NCBI GenBank assembly: GCA_965230425.1
Contig: CBDDKW010000008.1
Location: 73,667 to 137,666 of the forward strand
Origin: Gammaproteobacteria bacterium
GTDB lineage: Bacteria > Pseudomonadota > Gammaproteobacteria > UBA1113
Direction of reading: 5' to 3'
Length of the DNA: 64,000 bases
The notes beneath the pieces were generated by a model. That model made no database searches, was not told where the DNA came from, and saw only the letters and a program-made list of their open reading frames with translations. A program made the position numbers and the translations under genes. Shown piece by piece: positions 35,248 through 45,422 of this stretch. The first letter of the stretch is position 1, and every line of letters begins with the position of its first letter.

Positions 35248-37535
35248 TAATACATCTCCATGGGGTCAACATCAATAGACCAACGGATTTTATTGGCTAT
35301 TTTGGCTTGTTCGACACGACTTATTAATTGCTTTAGCATCTTTTGTAGTCCTTGCCGTGATGAGGCTTGAATTAATAGTTGGTAACGGAAGCGGCCAGCT
35401 CGTTTCTCCATAGGTGCAGGCACCGGGCCATATAAACAGATAGTGTTATCGATTAAAGCGTTAGCGATATTTGCAACTGACTTTAGAAAGTCATTGGGAG
35501 CAGATTGCTGCATACCTTCCGCACGTACCAGGGTCATGAATGAATAAGGTGGCAGTAATGCTGAATGGCGCTCATTGAGTGCGGCTTCAGTAAATTTTGT
35601 GTAATCATGTTGGATTAGCTCTTGCAATAAAGGATGTTCAGGGTTTTTGGTTTGAATTGCCACATGTCCGGCTTTATCGCCGCGACCAGCTCGGCCTGAT
35701 ACTTGTGTGAGTAACTGTGCCATGCGTTCGGGGGCACGAAAATCTACACTGAAGAAACCACTATCCGCATCTAAAATTGCAACCAAAGTAACATTAGGAA
35801 AATGATGACCTTTTGCCAGCATTTGAGTACCCACTAAGATTTGGCTTTCTCCTTGATTAATACTTTCAAGTTTAGCTTGTAGTGCTTGTTTGCTACGCGT
35901 AGTGTCTCGATCAATCCGAGTAATTTGTGTCTGCGGAAATAATTCTATTAAAGTTTGCTCTAAGCGTTCAGTGCCAGCGCCTAATGGTTGCAAACTCTTA
36001 CTTGCACATTCTGGACAATGGGTATCAATATTGCGTGTGGAGCCACAATGATGACATTGTAAGTAACTTGGAGAATAATGCATGGTCATACGTGCATCAC
36101 AACGGCGACAATTGGCAATCCAACCGCAGCTATTACAAATTAAGCAAGGAGCAAATCCACGTCGATTTAAAAATAATAAAACTTGCTGCTGTTGCTGTAA
36201 ATGTTGTTTAATTAAGCCAATTAATTGCTTCGATAATCCACCCTGTAATGATTGATTACGAGTGTCAATGAGTTCAAAGCTCGGAGGTTTTGCATTACCC
36301 GCACGTGCAGATAATGTTAAACGCTGATAACGGCCGTTGCTAACGTTGTAAATACTTTCTAAGGTTGGCGTAGCCGATCCTAAAATAACAGGAATATTGT
36401 CTAAACGTCCGCGAACCACGGCTAAGTCTCGTGCTGAGTAACGGAAACCATCCTGTTGTTTAAAGGATAAGTCATGTGATTCATCAATAATGATGATTCC
36501 AGGTTGAGCTAGAGGAGTGAAAATAGCCGAGCGTGTACCAATAATAATTTTAGCTTGGCCAGATTTTGCAAGTAGCCATGCATCTAAACGCTCACGGTCA
36601 GTTAATCCCGAATGAAATACAGCAATAGGTACGCCAAAGCGTCGCTGAAAACGGGCCACAGTTTGTGGGGTTAAACCAATTTCGGGCACAAGGATCAGTG
36701 CTTGTTTGTTTTGGCTAAGTACTTCAGCAATGCATTGCAAATATACTTCGGTTTTACCGCTACCTGTCACGCCTTGTAAAAGAAACGTCTGGAATTGTTC
36801 CAGCTGTTCACAGATGGCGGCAACAGCGTGACTTTGGTCAGTATTGAGAGATAAGGCAGGCTCTGTCGTTGTTACACATCCCAGTGCTGGTTGTCTATCT
36901 TGGGTAGATTCTTGTAATAAGTTTTTACTGCAGAGGCTATTTAATACAGGTGTTGTGATCCCAAATTGCTTAAGCTGTGTCACAGTTAATCCTTGCGGAT
37001 GTTGACAAAATAATTGCCATGCAGCCAATTGTTTTGGCGCACGTTTGAAATCATCGGCTGATGTGGCATGGCCTGTAGCATTTAATGCCCATAGGCGTTG
37101 TTGTTTAAATTGTGCTGGCTCTCCCTGACGCAATAAGATGGGTAAGGCATTACCGATGACTTCGCCAATGGGGTGGTGGTAATAATCGCTAGCCCACTGG
37201 GCTAGCTGCAACAGGTTTTCATTTAGTACAGGTTGCTCATCAAGTATGCTGTGAATAGGTTTAAGCTTATGGATAGGTACATCAGTATGATTGTCTGTGC
37301 TTAACAATACAGCCGTGAGGCACTTATTACGAAAAGGTACCTTAAGTCGTATACCTGGTGTCAATGTGCAGTCTTCGAGTCTTTTAGGTAATAAATAGTC
37401 AAAAGTTGAACGCAGGGGTGTGGATAAGGCAACCTTGAGAATGGTGTGAGTCAGTTGCTTGGTTGGCTTTGCCGTTGTTTGCAAAGTAAGCACTTTTTCA
37501 GTATCGACTAACACGTTAACAATATTCCTGCACAA
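35247..37535 (-). CDS. priA: Primosomal protein N' (replication restart helicase PriA)
   Basis: DEAD/H helicase motifs (GVTGSGKTEVY, DESH), a Cys-rich zinc-binding region (CNSCGW...CRRC...CHHCG...CPEC) and a PriA N-terminal 3'-binding region (KVALSTPLRSTFDYLLP). The true start may be the GTG ~37493 rather than the 37535 ATG. Confidence 0.9.
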   Translation of the reverse strand: MCRNIVNVLVDTEKVLTLQTTAKPTKQLTHTILKVALSTPLRSTFDYLLPKRLEDCTLTPGIRLKVPFRNKCLTAVLLSTDNHTDVPIHKLKPIHSILDEQPVLNENLLQLAQWASDYYHHPIGEVIGNALPILLRQGEPAQFKQQRLWALNATGHATSADDFKRAPKQLAAWQLFCQHPQGLTVTQLKQFGITTPVLNSLCSKNLLQESTQDRQPALGCVTTTEPALSLNTDQSHAVAAICEQLEQFQTFLLQGVTGSGKTEVYLQCIAEVLSQNKQALILVPEIGLTPQTVARFQRRFGVPIAVFHSGLTDRERLDAWLLAKSGQAKIIIGTRSAIFTPLAQPGIIIIDESHDLSFKQQDGFRYSARDLAVVRGRLDNIPVILGSATPTLESIYNVSNGRYQRLTLSARAGNAKPPSFELIDTRNQSLQGGLSKQLIGLIKQHLQQQQQVLLFLNRRGFAPCLICNSCGWIANCRRCDARMTMHYSPSYLQCHHCGSTRNIDTHCPECASKSLQPLGAGTERLEQTLIELFPQTQITRIDRDTTRSKQALQAKLESINQGESQILVGTQMLAKGHHFPNVTLVAILDADSGFFSVDFRAPERMAQLLTQVSGRAGRGDKAGHVAIQTKNPEHPLLQELIQHDYTKFTEAALNERHSALLPPYSFMTLVRAEGMQQSAPNDFLKSVANIANALIDNTICLYGPVPAPMEKRAGRFRYQLLIQASSRQGLQKMLKQLISRVEQAKIANKIRWSIDVDPMEMY

Positions 37536-37905
37536 TCATTAAAAGAGTGAGTGAATTATCCTGATTGTGGCTTGCAAGGACAAGTAGAATTTGATATTGG
37601 GGCAAAATTTCTGTGGATAACTTTGTGGTTAATTTTTGAATTTTTCGCACAAAAAAAATTAAGTTATCCACATTAAATTGCCAAAGTTTAAACAAACCAA
37701 ATTTAATCTTTATTAATCAATAAGTTATAGGTTATTCGCCATAAAGATTAGATAATCTATTGATTTGACTATAGATCACTACTGCGTGTGGATAAGTATT
37801 TAGCGGCTGACCTTTTGGTTAGGTGACTGAGTATAGCTAGAAAAGCTTGTCAATCATGCTATGTTTGGTGGCATAATACAGCAGCATCGATCAAGGACTA
37901 TCAAA

Positions 37906-39057
37906 ATGGATTTTCAATTAAGTGCTGAACAATGCACTATGCAAAAGATGGTGTCAGATTTTGCTCAACAAGAAATGGCGCCACATGCCGCTAAGTGGGA
38001 TGAAGAAAAAATTTTCCCTAAAGAGGTCTTGCGTAAAGCTGCGAGCTTAGGCTTAGGCGGTGTTTATGTAAAAGAAGATGTGGGCGGATCAAATTTACCG
38101 CGCCTTGATGCGGCAATTATTTTCGAAGCGTTAGCAAGAGCCTGTCCATCAACAGCGGCTTACCTATCCATTCATAATATGGTGGCGTGGATGATTGATG
38201 CCCATGCTAGTGATATACAACGGCAAAAATGGTTGCCCGATATTGTCAGTATGCAAAAATTCGCGAGTTATTGTCTTACCGAACCGAGTTCAGGTTCAGA
38301 TGCGGCCTCATTAAAAACCACAGCGCGCTTAGAAGGTGACTGTTATGTATTGAATGGTTCTAAAGCTTTTACGTCAGGTGGTTCAGTCAGTGATGTATAT
38401 GCCTGTATGGTACGCACGGGTGAAGCTGGAGCAAAAGGTATCTCTTGCATTCTTGTAGAAAAGGATACGCCAGGACTGAGTTATGGTAAGCAAGAAGTTA
38501 AGCTGGGTTGGAATAGTCAGCCGACCAGTATGGTGTTTTTTGAAGAGTGCCGTGTTCCTAGGGAAAATCTTATTGGTGAATTAAACCGTGGTTTTAATAT
38601 TGCATTATCAGGATTAAACGGTGGTCGAGTTAATGTAGCGGCATGTTCATTGGGGGGCGCCAGTGAATGTTTGCATTTAGCACGGAAATATCTCAGTGAG
38701 CGTGAGCAATTTGGTAAGAAGTTACAGGATTTTCAAGTTCTGCAATTTAGGCTTGCCGATATGTATACAGAGTTAGAAGCTGCGCGTTTAATGGTGCATC
38801 GAGCTGCGCATGCCATTGATACAGAACATCCAGAGACACCGTTATTTTGTGCCACGGCAAAACGTTATGCAACAGATGTGGGTTTTGAGGTGTCGAACCA
38901 TGCACTGCAAATGTTTGGTGGTTATGGGTATTTAAGAGAATATCCCATCGAGCGGTTTTTCCGTGATTTACGTGTGCATCAGATTTTAGAAGGAACCAAT
39001 GAAATTATGCGCGTCATTGCTAGCCGACGTTTGCTAGATGATAGTTTTATACTGTAG
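37906..39057 (+). CDS. Acyl-CoA dehydrogenase (short/branched-chain, likely isobutyryl-CoA dehydrogenase)
   Basis: MDFQLSAEQ start and conserved ACAD regions (YCLTEPSSGSDAASL, QMFGGYGY). It is clustered with an enoyl-CoA hydratase and a 3-hydroxyisobutyryl-CoA hydrolase (valine catabolism). Confidence 0.85.
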   Translation: MDFQLSAEQCTMQKMVSDFAQQEMAPHAAKWDEEKIFPKEVLRKAASLGLGGVYVKEDVGGSNLPRLDAAIIFEALARACPSTAAYLSIHNMVAWMIDAHASDIQRQKWLPDIVSMQKFASYCLTEPSSGSDAASLKTTARLEGDCYVLNGSKAFTSGGSVSDVYACMVRTGEAGAKGISCILVEKDTPGLSYGKQEVKLGWNSQPTSMVFFEECRVPRENLIGELNRGFNIALSGLNGGRVNVAACSLGGASECLHLARKYLSEREQFGKKLQDFQVLQFRLADMYTELEAARLMVHRAAHAIDTEHPETPLFCATAKRYATDVGFEVSNHALQMFGGYGYLREYPIERFFRDLRVHQILEGTNEIMRVIASRRLLDDSFIL

Positions 39058-39083
39058 AAAAGCTGTTATTTATAAAAAGTATG

Positions 39084-39140
39084 TTGTCATTTCGAGTCGT
39101 GGCTGTAAAGCCGCGGCGAGAAATCTCCTGGTGGCTTGAC
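39084..39140. repeat. Dispersed MITE/REP-like repeat, solo arm (ttgtcatttcgagtcgtggctgtaaagccgcggcgagaaatctcctggtggcttgac)
   Basis: Matches the arm consensus of copies at 1861-1977, 34244-34382 and 47138-47255. It lies 27 bp after the ACAD stop. Confidence 0.75.
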
Positions 39141-39180
39141 TAACTCAAGAATAGATAAAAACTGTAAAAAAGGAATAAAC

Positions 39181-39964
39181 ATGAACTACACAACCCTCAC
39201 TACAGAGCAAAAAAAACAATGGTATACAACTGATCACCATCAATCGCCCCGATAAACTAAACGCTCTAAACGATAGTGTACTCACAGAGTTAAATCATGT
39301 CTTTACTGAAGCAAAGCAAGATCAAGCTGTTAAAGGTCTAATTATTACTGGTGAAGGTAAAGCATTTTGTGCTGGAGCTGATATTAATCGCTTAGCCGAA
39401 ATTGATGCTAAGGAAGGCGTTGCCTTTGCAAAACAGGGCCAGCAAGTATTTCGATATTTAGAAACCTTAGGTAAACCATCTATTGCTGCAATCAATGGAT
39501 TTGCCTTTGGTGGTGGCTGTGAATTAGCTATGAGTGCCACTCTACGGATTGCTGCCGAAAAAGCCATGTTCGGTCAACCAGAAGTAAAATTAGGTGTTAT
39601 ACCGGGTTACGGTGGCACACAACGCTTAGCGCGATTAGTAGGTAAAGGCCGAGCTTTAGAACTATGTCTTACAGGACGTTTTATAAAAGCAGAAGAAGCA
39701 TTACAGTGGGGTTTAGTGAGTCAAGTCACAACAGCAGAAGAATTATTATCAACAGCAGAAACCACATTGCAAACTATTTTAAACATGGGACCTATGGCTA
39801 TAGCTAGTGTTATGCAAGTGATCGATGCTGGTTATGATATGACCTTAGATGATGCCTTACACCTTGAAGCTATACAATTCGGCTTAACCTGTGCCACTGA
39901 AGATAAACACATTGGTGTGAGTGCATTCTTAGAAAAACAAGAACCAGAATTTAAGGGTAATTAA
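39181..39964 (+). pseudogene. Enoyl-CoA hydratase (crotonase family) with a +1 frameshift in an A8 homopolymer (39209-39216)
   Basis: Frame 1 gives MNYTTLTTEQKKQWYTTDHHQSPR*. Deleting one A gives ...EQKNNGIQLITINRPDKLNALNDSVLTELNHVFTEAKQDQAVKGLIITGEGKAFCAGADI...GGGCELAMS..., contiguous to the end at 39964. The ORF tracker caught only the 3' part, 39530..39964. Confidence 0.85.
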
Positions 39965-42612
39965 GCAAAACTTATGCTGCGCGTTCTAACCGGTATTTGA
40001 TGGGTTTGAGCAGGTCTTCTAAACTGCCACGTTTGATTCTCGCTTGGGCCTGCATCGGATGATGTGCTTTTCTCATTGATTAGTGGTGAAGATGGATGTA
40101 ATTGCGGAAAATTGCGAGGTGAGAAAGCTCGACGTGTTATTACTGATGTCGTAGCTGTCCTTTGTTGCCGGTCAGAGATTGCAAATTCTGCTGAATTTTC
40201 ATTGTCAACAAATGTACCTTTACATCTGGTTTTGTTTGCTATCGCAGTTTCCATTTTGATAAAATCATCAATTCTTGTCGTGATATCTTCTTGATTTAAC
40301 GTAGTTCTAGCTGCCGAAGAATAATTTAAAACGGCAGCGCATCTATTAAGAAAAAGTAATTTATTTTCTTTTATTAGTGTGGCATAGACTGAGTAGAAAT
40401 AAATGTTATTAGCGAAGCTAGCTAAATGTCTAATATAGTCCTCAGGAAGATTAGATGTAAAAGCTAATTGCTGCTGCTGGTTGAGTCTTTCTAATAGAAA
40501 TGCAAATTCCTTTGCACCGGGAATTATTTTTATTAGTACCTTGGGCCCGCAAATTTCAAGTATTCTTTTATATGTATCAGTGGGATGCTTTATTAGTAGT
40601 TCGTCAGCAAAGTCTCTTATGCCAACACCGTTAAGAATTTCTATGATAGTGTCGTGAGTGAGTGCCTGCCGAAGCACCGGATACTGCCCTTCAGTCACAT
40701 GAGAAAACAACGCACAGAGAGATAAAAAATCCGGAATGAGTTTTTTTATAAATATATTGCCTAATACCTGAAAAACTGCTGCCCAGCTGTCAGGATTAAA
40801 TTGTTTTATAAAACAACCAAGACTGCTTACGTTTGGTAAAAAATGGTAAGCAACCAGTCGTATTAATGCAAATTGCGCAGGTCCAGAGAGCATTGCTAAT
40901 AATTCGAAAGCATTTTCGAAAGTTTTGATAGCATTTTTTAAAAGAGATTCTCCTAATAAGCGCCACATAGTGTGATGCTTGTTATTAGGAACAACTTTAA
41001 ATAGCATCAATAGATTTTTATGATTATAAATAAGTTTTTCTTGAATAAAACGCAGGCTAAGTGCTCGAATTAAGTACTGGTAATATCGACTATCCCATTG
41101 GTCTAATATACTCAGGAATGTATCTCGGTTAGATAGTATCTTTTTTACGATGGTATTTGCTTTTGCTAGCTTTTTGTAGAGTTTATTTGCAGAAATCTCC
41201 CAGTTATCCCATCGATGAAATAGTATAAATTCCAATATAACAATAGTGCACCCATCATTGATGATTGCATTTAGCTTATCTTCGACGTTTTGGGTGAGAA
41301 AGGTTTCATTACTGATAGTCTGATATAGCTGACAGACAGCATTATTATTAGATATGAATTTGCCATTATGGTGTAATGGATGTGGTGGACGCTGTGGGTC
41401 CATAAGTGCAGTTTCTAACTCTTTGTGCGACTCAGAATAATTAACTGCAGCCATATTTTCTGAAGATTGACCATTTAATTTCAAGCAATAGAGTTCTGGA
41501 TACTCGCTTAATAGCTCCAATAACGTATTACCAATTTGATTAGTGCAATCAATAATTTCGCGACTACGTTTTAGTTCTAATTCTATATACTTCTTTTGAC
41601 CAATAGTAATCGGTGTATATTCAGCACAACTATTAAAAAGTACAAGCAAATGAAATATTAAAGGTGCATTTTCACCATAGTGTTTTGTTCGTAGTTTGGA
41701 TAATGAAACACGCGTTAGACTAATAACGGTGTCTTTATCTCTGCTGACTTCTTGAGTCTGTAGGTCTTCTCGAGGGATTTTCATCCAGACATCGTAAAAA
41801 CGCCTAATAGCTTGAAAAGTTAAATTAGAATCAGCCTGCTTATCGGCAGCCATTCCTCTATCGCTGATAGAGCCAGCAAGTAAATCATTAGCTAGCATTT
41901 CAAGCTGTTTGCCAAAACTATTTTCATCTTGTTGGTTGAGGTATAATTCGTCTAGAGCGTCATAATAAACACGGCTATGTGCACCACAACTATAACGTAA
42001 AATTTCTCGTTCTGCCTCATCTAGTTCAAAAGGGCTATCATCAGAAAATAATCTTGCTGGAGAATTTGTAGCATATTCAAATATCTCAAGTATTGACAGT
42101 AAAGTATCATCATAACCTAAACAAAATAATTCAGGTTGGAAATTTCTCAATCCTTTTTCTCTTGTCTCAGTTGCATCCATTAAGCTTGTGTTTACATCAG
42201 CAGGGCCTATTACTTTGGTCACTGTAGGCATTAGCAGAGAACAAATTGCTTCGTCTTCTGGCACGATGATATTTGCAACTAAACGGCCTAAAAGATTATT
42301 CGGAAGAAAAGGTTGCGATGTATAGTTAAGAGGAGAATTTTTTGTTAAAAACCAATGAGCAGATAATAGCGTTCTTAGTAAATAAACAGCGTCTGATTCA
42401 TCAATTGTATTATTAAGCCTACGTTGGACAATAGATATTAAGGCAGTAGAAAGTGCAACAAATTCTTTTCTAGCTTCTTTACGTAATGATGTGGAGATGC
42501 CATTAACCACAACCTCATCATCATTTAGCGTATCGAATGCATGATCATTTTCTAGAATTTGTGTTTGTAGTTTACGTAATTGACTGAGTAAGCGCTCAAA
42601 ATCAAAGGCCAT
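39961..42612 (-). CDS. Hypothetical 883-aa protein, no recognisable domain (candidate secreted effector)
   Basis: Long uninterrupted ORF with Ser/Thr/Asn-rich termini and no motif I can assign. It is inserted within the valine-catabolism cluster. Confidence 0.55.
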   Translation of the reverse strand: MAFDFERLLSQLRKLQTQILENDHAFDTLNDDEVVVNGISTSLRKEARKEFVALSTALISIVQRRLNNTIDESDAVYLLRTLLSAHWFLTKNSPLNYTSQPFLPNNLLGRLVANIIVPEDEAICSLLMPTVTKVIGPADVNTSLMDATETREKGLRNFQPELFCLGYDDTLLSILEIFEYATNSPARLFSDDSPFELDEAEREILRYSCGAHSRVYYDALDELYLNQQDENSFGKQLEMLANDLLAGSISDRGMAADKQADSNLTFQAIRRFYDVWMKIPREDLQTQEVSRDKDTVISLTRVSLSKLRTKHYGENAPLIFHLLVLFNSCAEYTPITIGQKKYIELELKRSREIIDCTNQIGNTLLELLSEYPELYCLKLNGQSSENMAAVNYSESHKELETALMDPQRPPHPLHHNGKFISNNNAVCQLYQTISNETFLTQNVEDKLNAIINDGCTIVILEFILFHRWDNWEISANKLYKKLAKANTIVKKILSNRDTFLSILDQWDSRYYQYLIRALSLRFIQEKLIYNHKNLLMLFKVVPNNKHHTMWRLLGESLLKNAIKTFENAFELLAMLSGPAQFALIRLVAYHFLPNVSSLGCFIKQFNPDSWAAVFQVLGNIFIKKLIPDFLSLCALFSHVTEGQYPVLRQALTHDTIIEILNGVGIRDFADELLIKHPTDTYKRILEICGPKVLIKIIPGAKEFAFLLERLNQQQQLAFTSNLPEDYIRHLASFANNIYFYSVYATLIKENKLLFLNRCAAVLNYSSAARTTLNQEDITTRIDDFIKMETAIANKTRCKGTFVDNENSAEFAISDRQQRTATTSVITRRAFSPRNFPQLHPSSPLINEKSTSSDAGPSENQTWQFRRPAQTHQIPVRTRSISFA

Positions 42613-42867
42613 AGGATTATTCTCATTCTTATCTGCCTGCGATAAAAATCATAAGCAGCTTCATCGTTCTCTGGAAGTATATTTCAAGATATTCTTAATG
42701 GCTACGTAATATATAGTAAAGAAGTTAAGAAAACATTAAGAACTGAGAATAAATTTTTGTATGAACGCAATTGGATTATTTATAATAAATAATCCAATCG
42801 GTCGTTAGCTTTATCGCGACTTATTATTTGGTTAGTATTACTTGTCGGTCGTTAGTTTTATCGCGAT

Positions 42868-43839
42868 TTATTGTTTAGTCAGTGTCATTTGTGCGTTAGA
42901 ATCATTTCTTGCTGTTGTTGGCTTTTCAATAAATCGATTATTAGGTTTCGCTAATTCAACAAGAATAGATTCTTCAAAATAAGTTAAACCAACCATTGGA
43001 TCGAATAGCTGATATGAATCTCTAAGCGTGCGTAAGTTTGCAATAATACTGTGGTCTAATTCCTCAAAATTTTTCAGTGCCCGTGACTCAACTAATGCTG
43101 CTGTATCACTCTTGATATTCTCTACCAAGATTTTAGGTATTTCTTTGTGATTAGGATCATCAAGTAAATCCTTGAAAGAATCATTTTGATAGGCAAGTAA
43201 AATTGTCCTAGCATAGTCTGTTGCCATGCTGTCTGTATAATTTGTGGTAGAAGCACAAACCTGATGAATGATGGCGACTATTTTTTTAATACACTTATCG
43301 ACCATGCTTTTTGTTATAGTTGTACACATCAAGCTACAGCTATCTGTTTCAGAATATAGATCAGATATACGTTGCGAATCATCAAGCGCTAAATCACGAC
43401 TTTTGACAGGAACTTTAAAGAGTTTAACTCCTAGAATACCACTTCTTAAAGTTTGCGTTATAACATGATTTTTTTTAAATGCAGCTTTAACATTAGCAAC
43501 AGTTAATGCTAAAAAATCATGACCATCGTAGCGTAAACATATGCTTGGGGTTACTGGGCACTTAATGATTAATTCTATAGATTTCAATTCAGGTATACAT
43601 ATACAAAAATGTTTATCATTTTTAGAATAAATAGTACTGACTTTTTGTGAGTCTTTAAGGAGTTTTCCATCTTTAATACATTTAATATCGATCAGTATAT
43701 CCTTACATCTCTTTTTAATGGCAGGATGTGTGTGTAAATCGCGTTTCAAATCGGCGATAGTTAGTGATGATAATTGTTTATCATCATAATCTAGTACGAG
43801 ATCCTTAGTATAATAAAATGGAATAATTAAACGTGGCAT
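42868..43839 (-). CDS. Hypothetical 323-aa protein, possibly two ubiquitin-like beta-grasp segments at the N-terminus (speculative)
   Basis: Segments LTIADLKRDLHTHPAIKKRCKDILIDIKCIKDGKLLKDSQKVSTIY and LTVANVKAAFKKNHVITQTLRSGILGVKLFKVPVKSRDLALDDSQRISDLY have a ubiquitin-like spacing of hydrophobic and charged residues. There is no firm family assignment. Confidence 0.45.
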   Translation of the reverse strand: MPRLIIPFYYTKDLVLDYDDKQLSSLTIADLKRDLHTHPAIKKRCKDILIDIKCIKDGKLLKDSQKVSTIYSKNDKHFCICIPELKSIELIIKCPVTPSICLRYDGHDFLALTVANVKAAFKKNHVITQTLRSGILGVKLFKVPVKSRDLALDDSQRISDLYSETDSCSLMCTTITKSMVDKCIKKIVAIIHQVCASTTNYTDSMATDYARTILLAYQNDSFKDLLDDPNHKEIPKILVENIKSDTAALVESRALKNFEELDHSIIANLRTLRDSYQLFDPMVGLTYFEESILVELAKPNNRFIEKPTTARNDSNAQMTLTKQ

Positions 43840-44209
43840 TATGCTACTCCTCAGTAATGACAGCTAATGGATTAGATATGTTAGCTATCTAGTGTTTCTA
43901 GACTTGAAGAAGATGTGCTGATCTGAAATACAAGCGCGAAACACGTATTGTTATTCTTATATGTTCAAAGAGTTTGCATTATACTGGTGTTTAAAAAAAA
44001 TCGTTACGGTGAAATTAGCCGTATTAAAGCATCGATGGCAAATACAGTTTATGAATATCAGAAACTTACCAATCAAGAGTAAAGAGACAATATTACCTTG
44101 TAAAAAGTCACAGTTTGTTCATTTATTACCTTTCTTTTTTTTAATTTTTGTTATTTTTTCCCTTGTGTTTTTTTAATTTCCGTCTAATTTACTGATTAAT
44201 AAGATTTTT

Positions 44210-45076
44210 TTAACGTTGAGTGATTTCAATAAACTCTACTTCATCTTCTCTGATATCTTTTTGTAAAAAACGCGCAGCGATGCGCGTAAAACGCTCAGGG
44301 GCATCGGTTGCAAGGAACTCAATGGTTGGTTCTTGGGTAGATTGACGTTGTAGATTTTTCTCCAGCAATAATTGCTGTACTGCATGGGACGTGGTATGCG
44401 CTGAATCCACTACGCTAATATCAGCACCAGCAATTTTTTTAATGGTTTGCGCCAGTGCAGGGAAATGCGTACAACCTAAAACGATACAGTCAGGGCTTAA
44501 ATCTTGTTGAGGTATTAATAGTGGTTGAATATATCGCTCGGCAACTGCTTCAGCGATAGGACCTTCAGTCCAACCTTCCTCAGCAAGTGCAACGAATAAA
44601 GAACAACTTTGCGAGATGACTTTATAGTTAGGTTGTCTCGCATGAATGGCAAGTTCATAGGCACGATTTTGCACGGTGCTTTCAGTCGCAAGGACAAGAA
44701 TATCACCGTTTCTTGAAGCTTGACATGCAGCTTCAGCCCCAGGTTCCACTACACCAATAACAGGTATTTCTAAAAAATCTTTTGCTAAAACGGGTAAAGC
44801 TGTGGACGCGGCTGTATTACAAGCAATTACTAATAATTTGATCCCACGTTCGACTAAATAATGTGTTGCCTGTTGTGCATAACGTGTTACGGTCGATGCG
44901 CTTTTTGTGCCATAGGGTAAACGTGCTGTGTCACCTAGATAAATAAAAGATTCATTGGGCAGCAGAGTTTGCAGTGCCTTTAAAACAGTTAATCCACCTA
45001 CACCAGAATCAAATACTCCAATAGGTTGGTCGTTGTAGTGCTGAATAGTTTTCATCATCTTGAACCTTATTTGCAA
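44210..45076 (-). CDS. murI: Glutamate racemase
   Basis: PIGVFDSGVGGLTV N-terminal motif with conserved Cys-containing motifs (IACNTAS and GCTHFP). The start may be at the internal MMKT/MKT. Confidence 0.9.
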   Translation of the reverse strand: MQIRFKMMKTIQHYNDQPIGVFDSGVGGLTVLKALQTLLPNESFIYLGDTARLPYGTKSASTVTRYAQQATHYLVERGIKLLVIACNTAASTALPVLAKDFLEIPVIGVVEPGAEAACQASRNGDILVLATESTVQNRAYELAIHARQPNYKVISQSCSLFVALAEEGWTEGPIAEAVAERYIQPLLIPQQDLSPDCIVLGCTHFPALAQTIKKIAGADISVVDSAHTTSHAVQQLLLEKNLQRQSTQEPTIEFLATDAPERFTRIAARFLQKDIREDEVEFIEITQR

Positions 45077-45134
45077 AAAAACCTCTTATTGAATTATCAA
45101 AGCTATAAGAGAATAATAGTTCTTACACTGTATA

Positions 45135-45422
45135 TTAATTCTTTTGATCTATAAATCTAATATCTAGTTTTTTTCCTAGGGCGTGAGCAATTTTGAATAA
45201 TGTAGATAGACGAATGTCCTCTGCATGATTTTCAAAGCGCGATATTGCAGGTTTATGAGTGTGTAAACGATCTGCTAATTCTTGCTGACTTAAACCACTA
45301 TTAAGTCTGAGTTGTTTTAGTATAATACCAATTTTAAATTCATTAAATCCTTCATCATAATCAATTGCAAATTCAAGATCTTTTGATTTACGCTTTTTTA
45401 TATATGATTTTAAGTCACTCAT
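45135..45422 (-). CDS. XRE-family HTH antitoxin (HigA-like) of a higBA/Gp49-type TA pair
   Basis: 95 aa with an HTH ([30 protein letters not shown]). Its ATG overlaps the TGA of the upstream toxin fragment (ATGA). Confidence 0.75.
   Translation of the reverse strand: MSDLKSYIKKRKSKDLEFAIDYDEGFNEFKIGIILKQLRLNSGLSQQELADRLHTHKPAISRFENHAEDIRLSTLFKIAHALGKKLDIRFIDQKN

Noticed and set aside
43961-44176. 71-aa ORF between the 323-aa gene and murI
   Set aside because: It lies in a T-rich intergenic region with a poly-F/L composition and no RBS. It is likely the non-coding 5' leader of the 323-aa gene.
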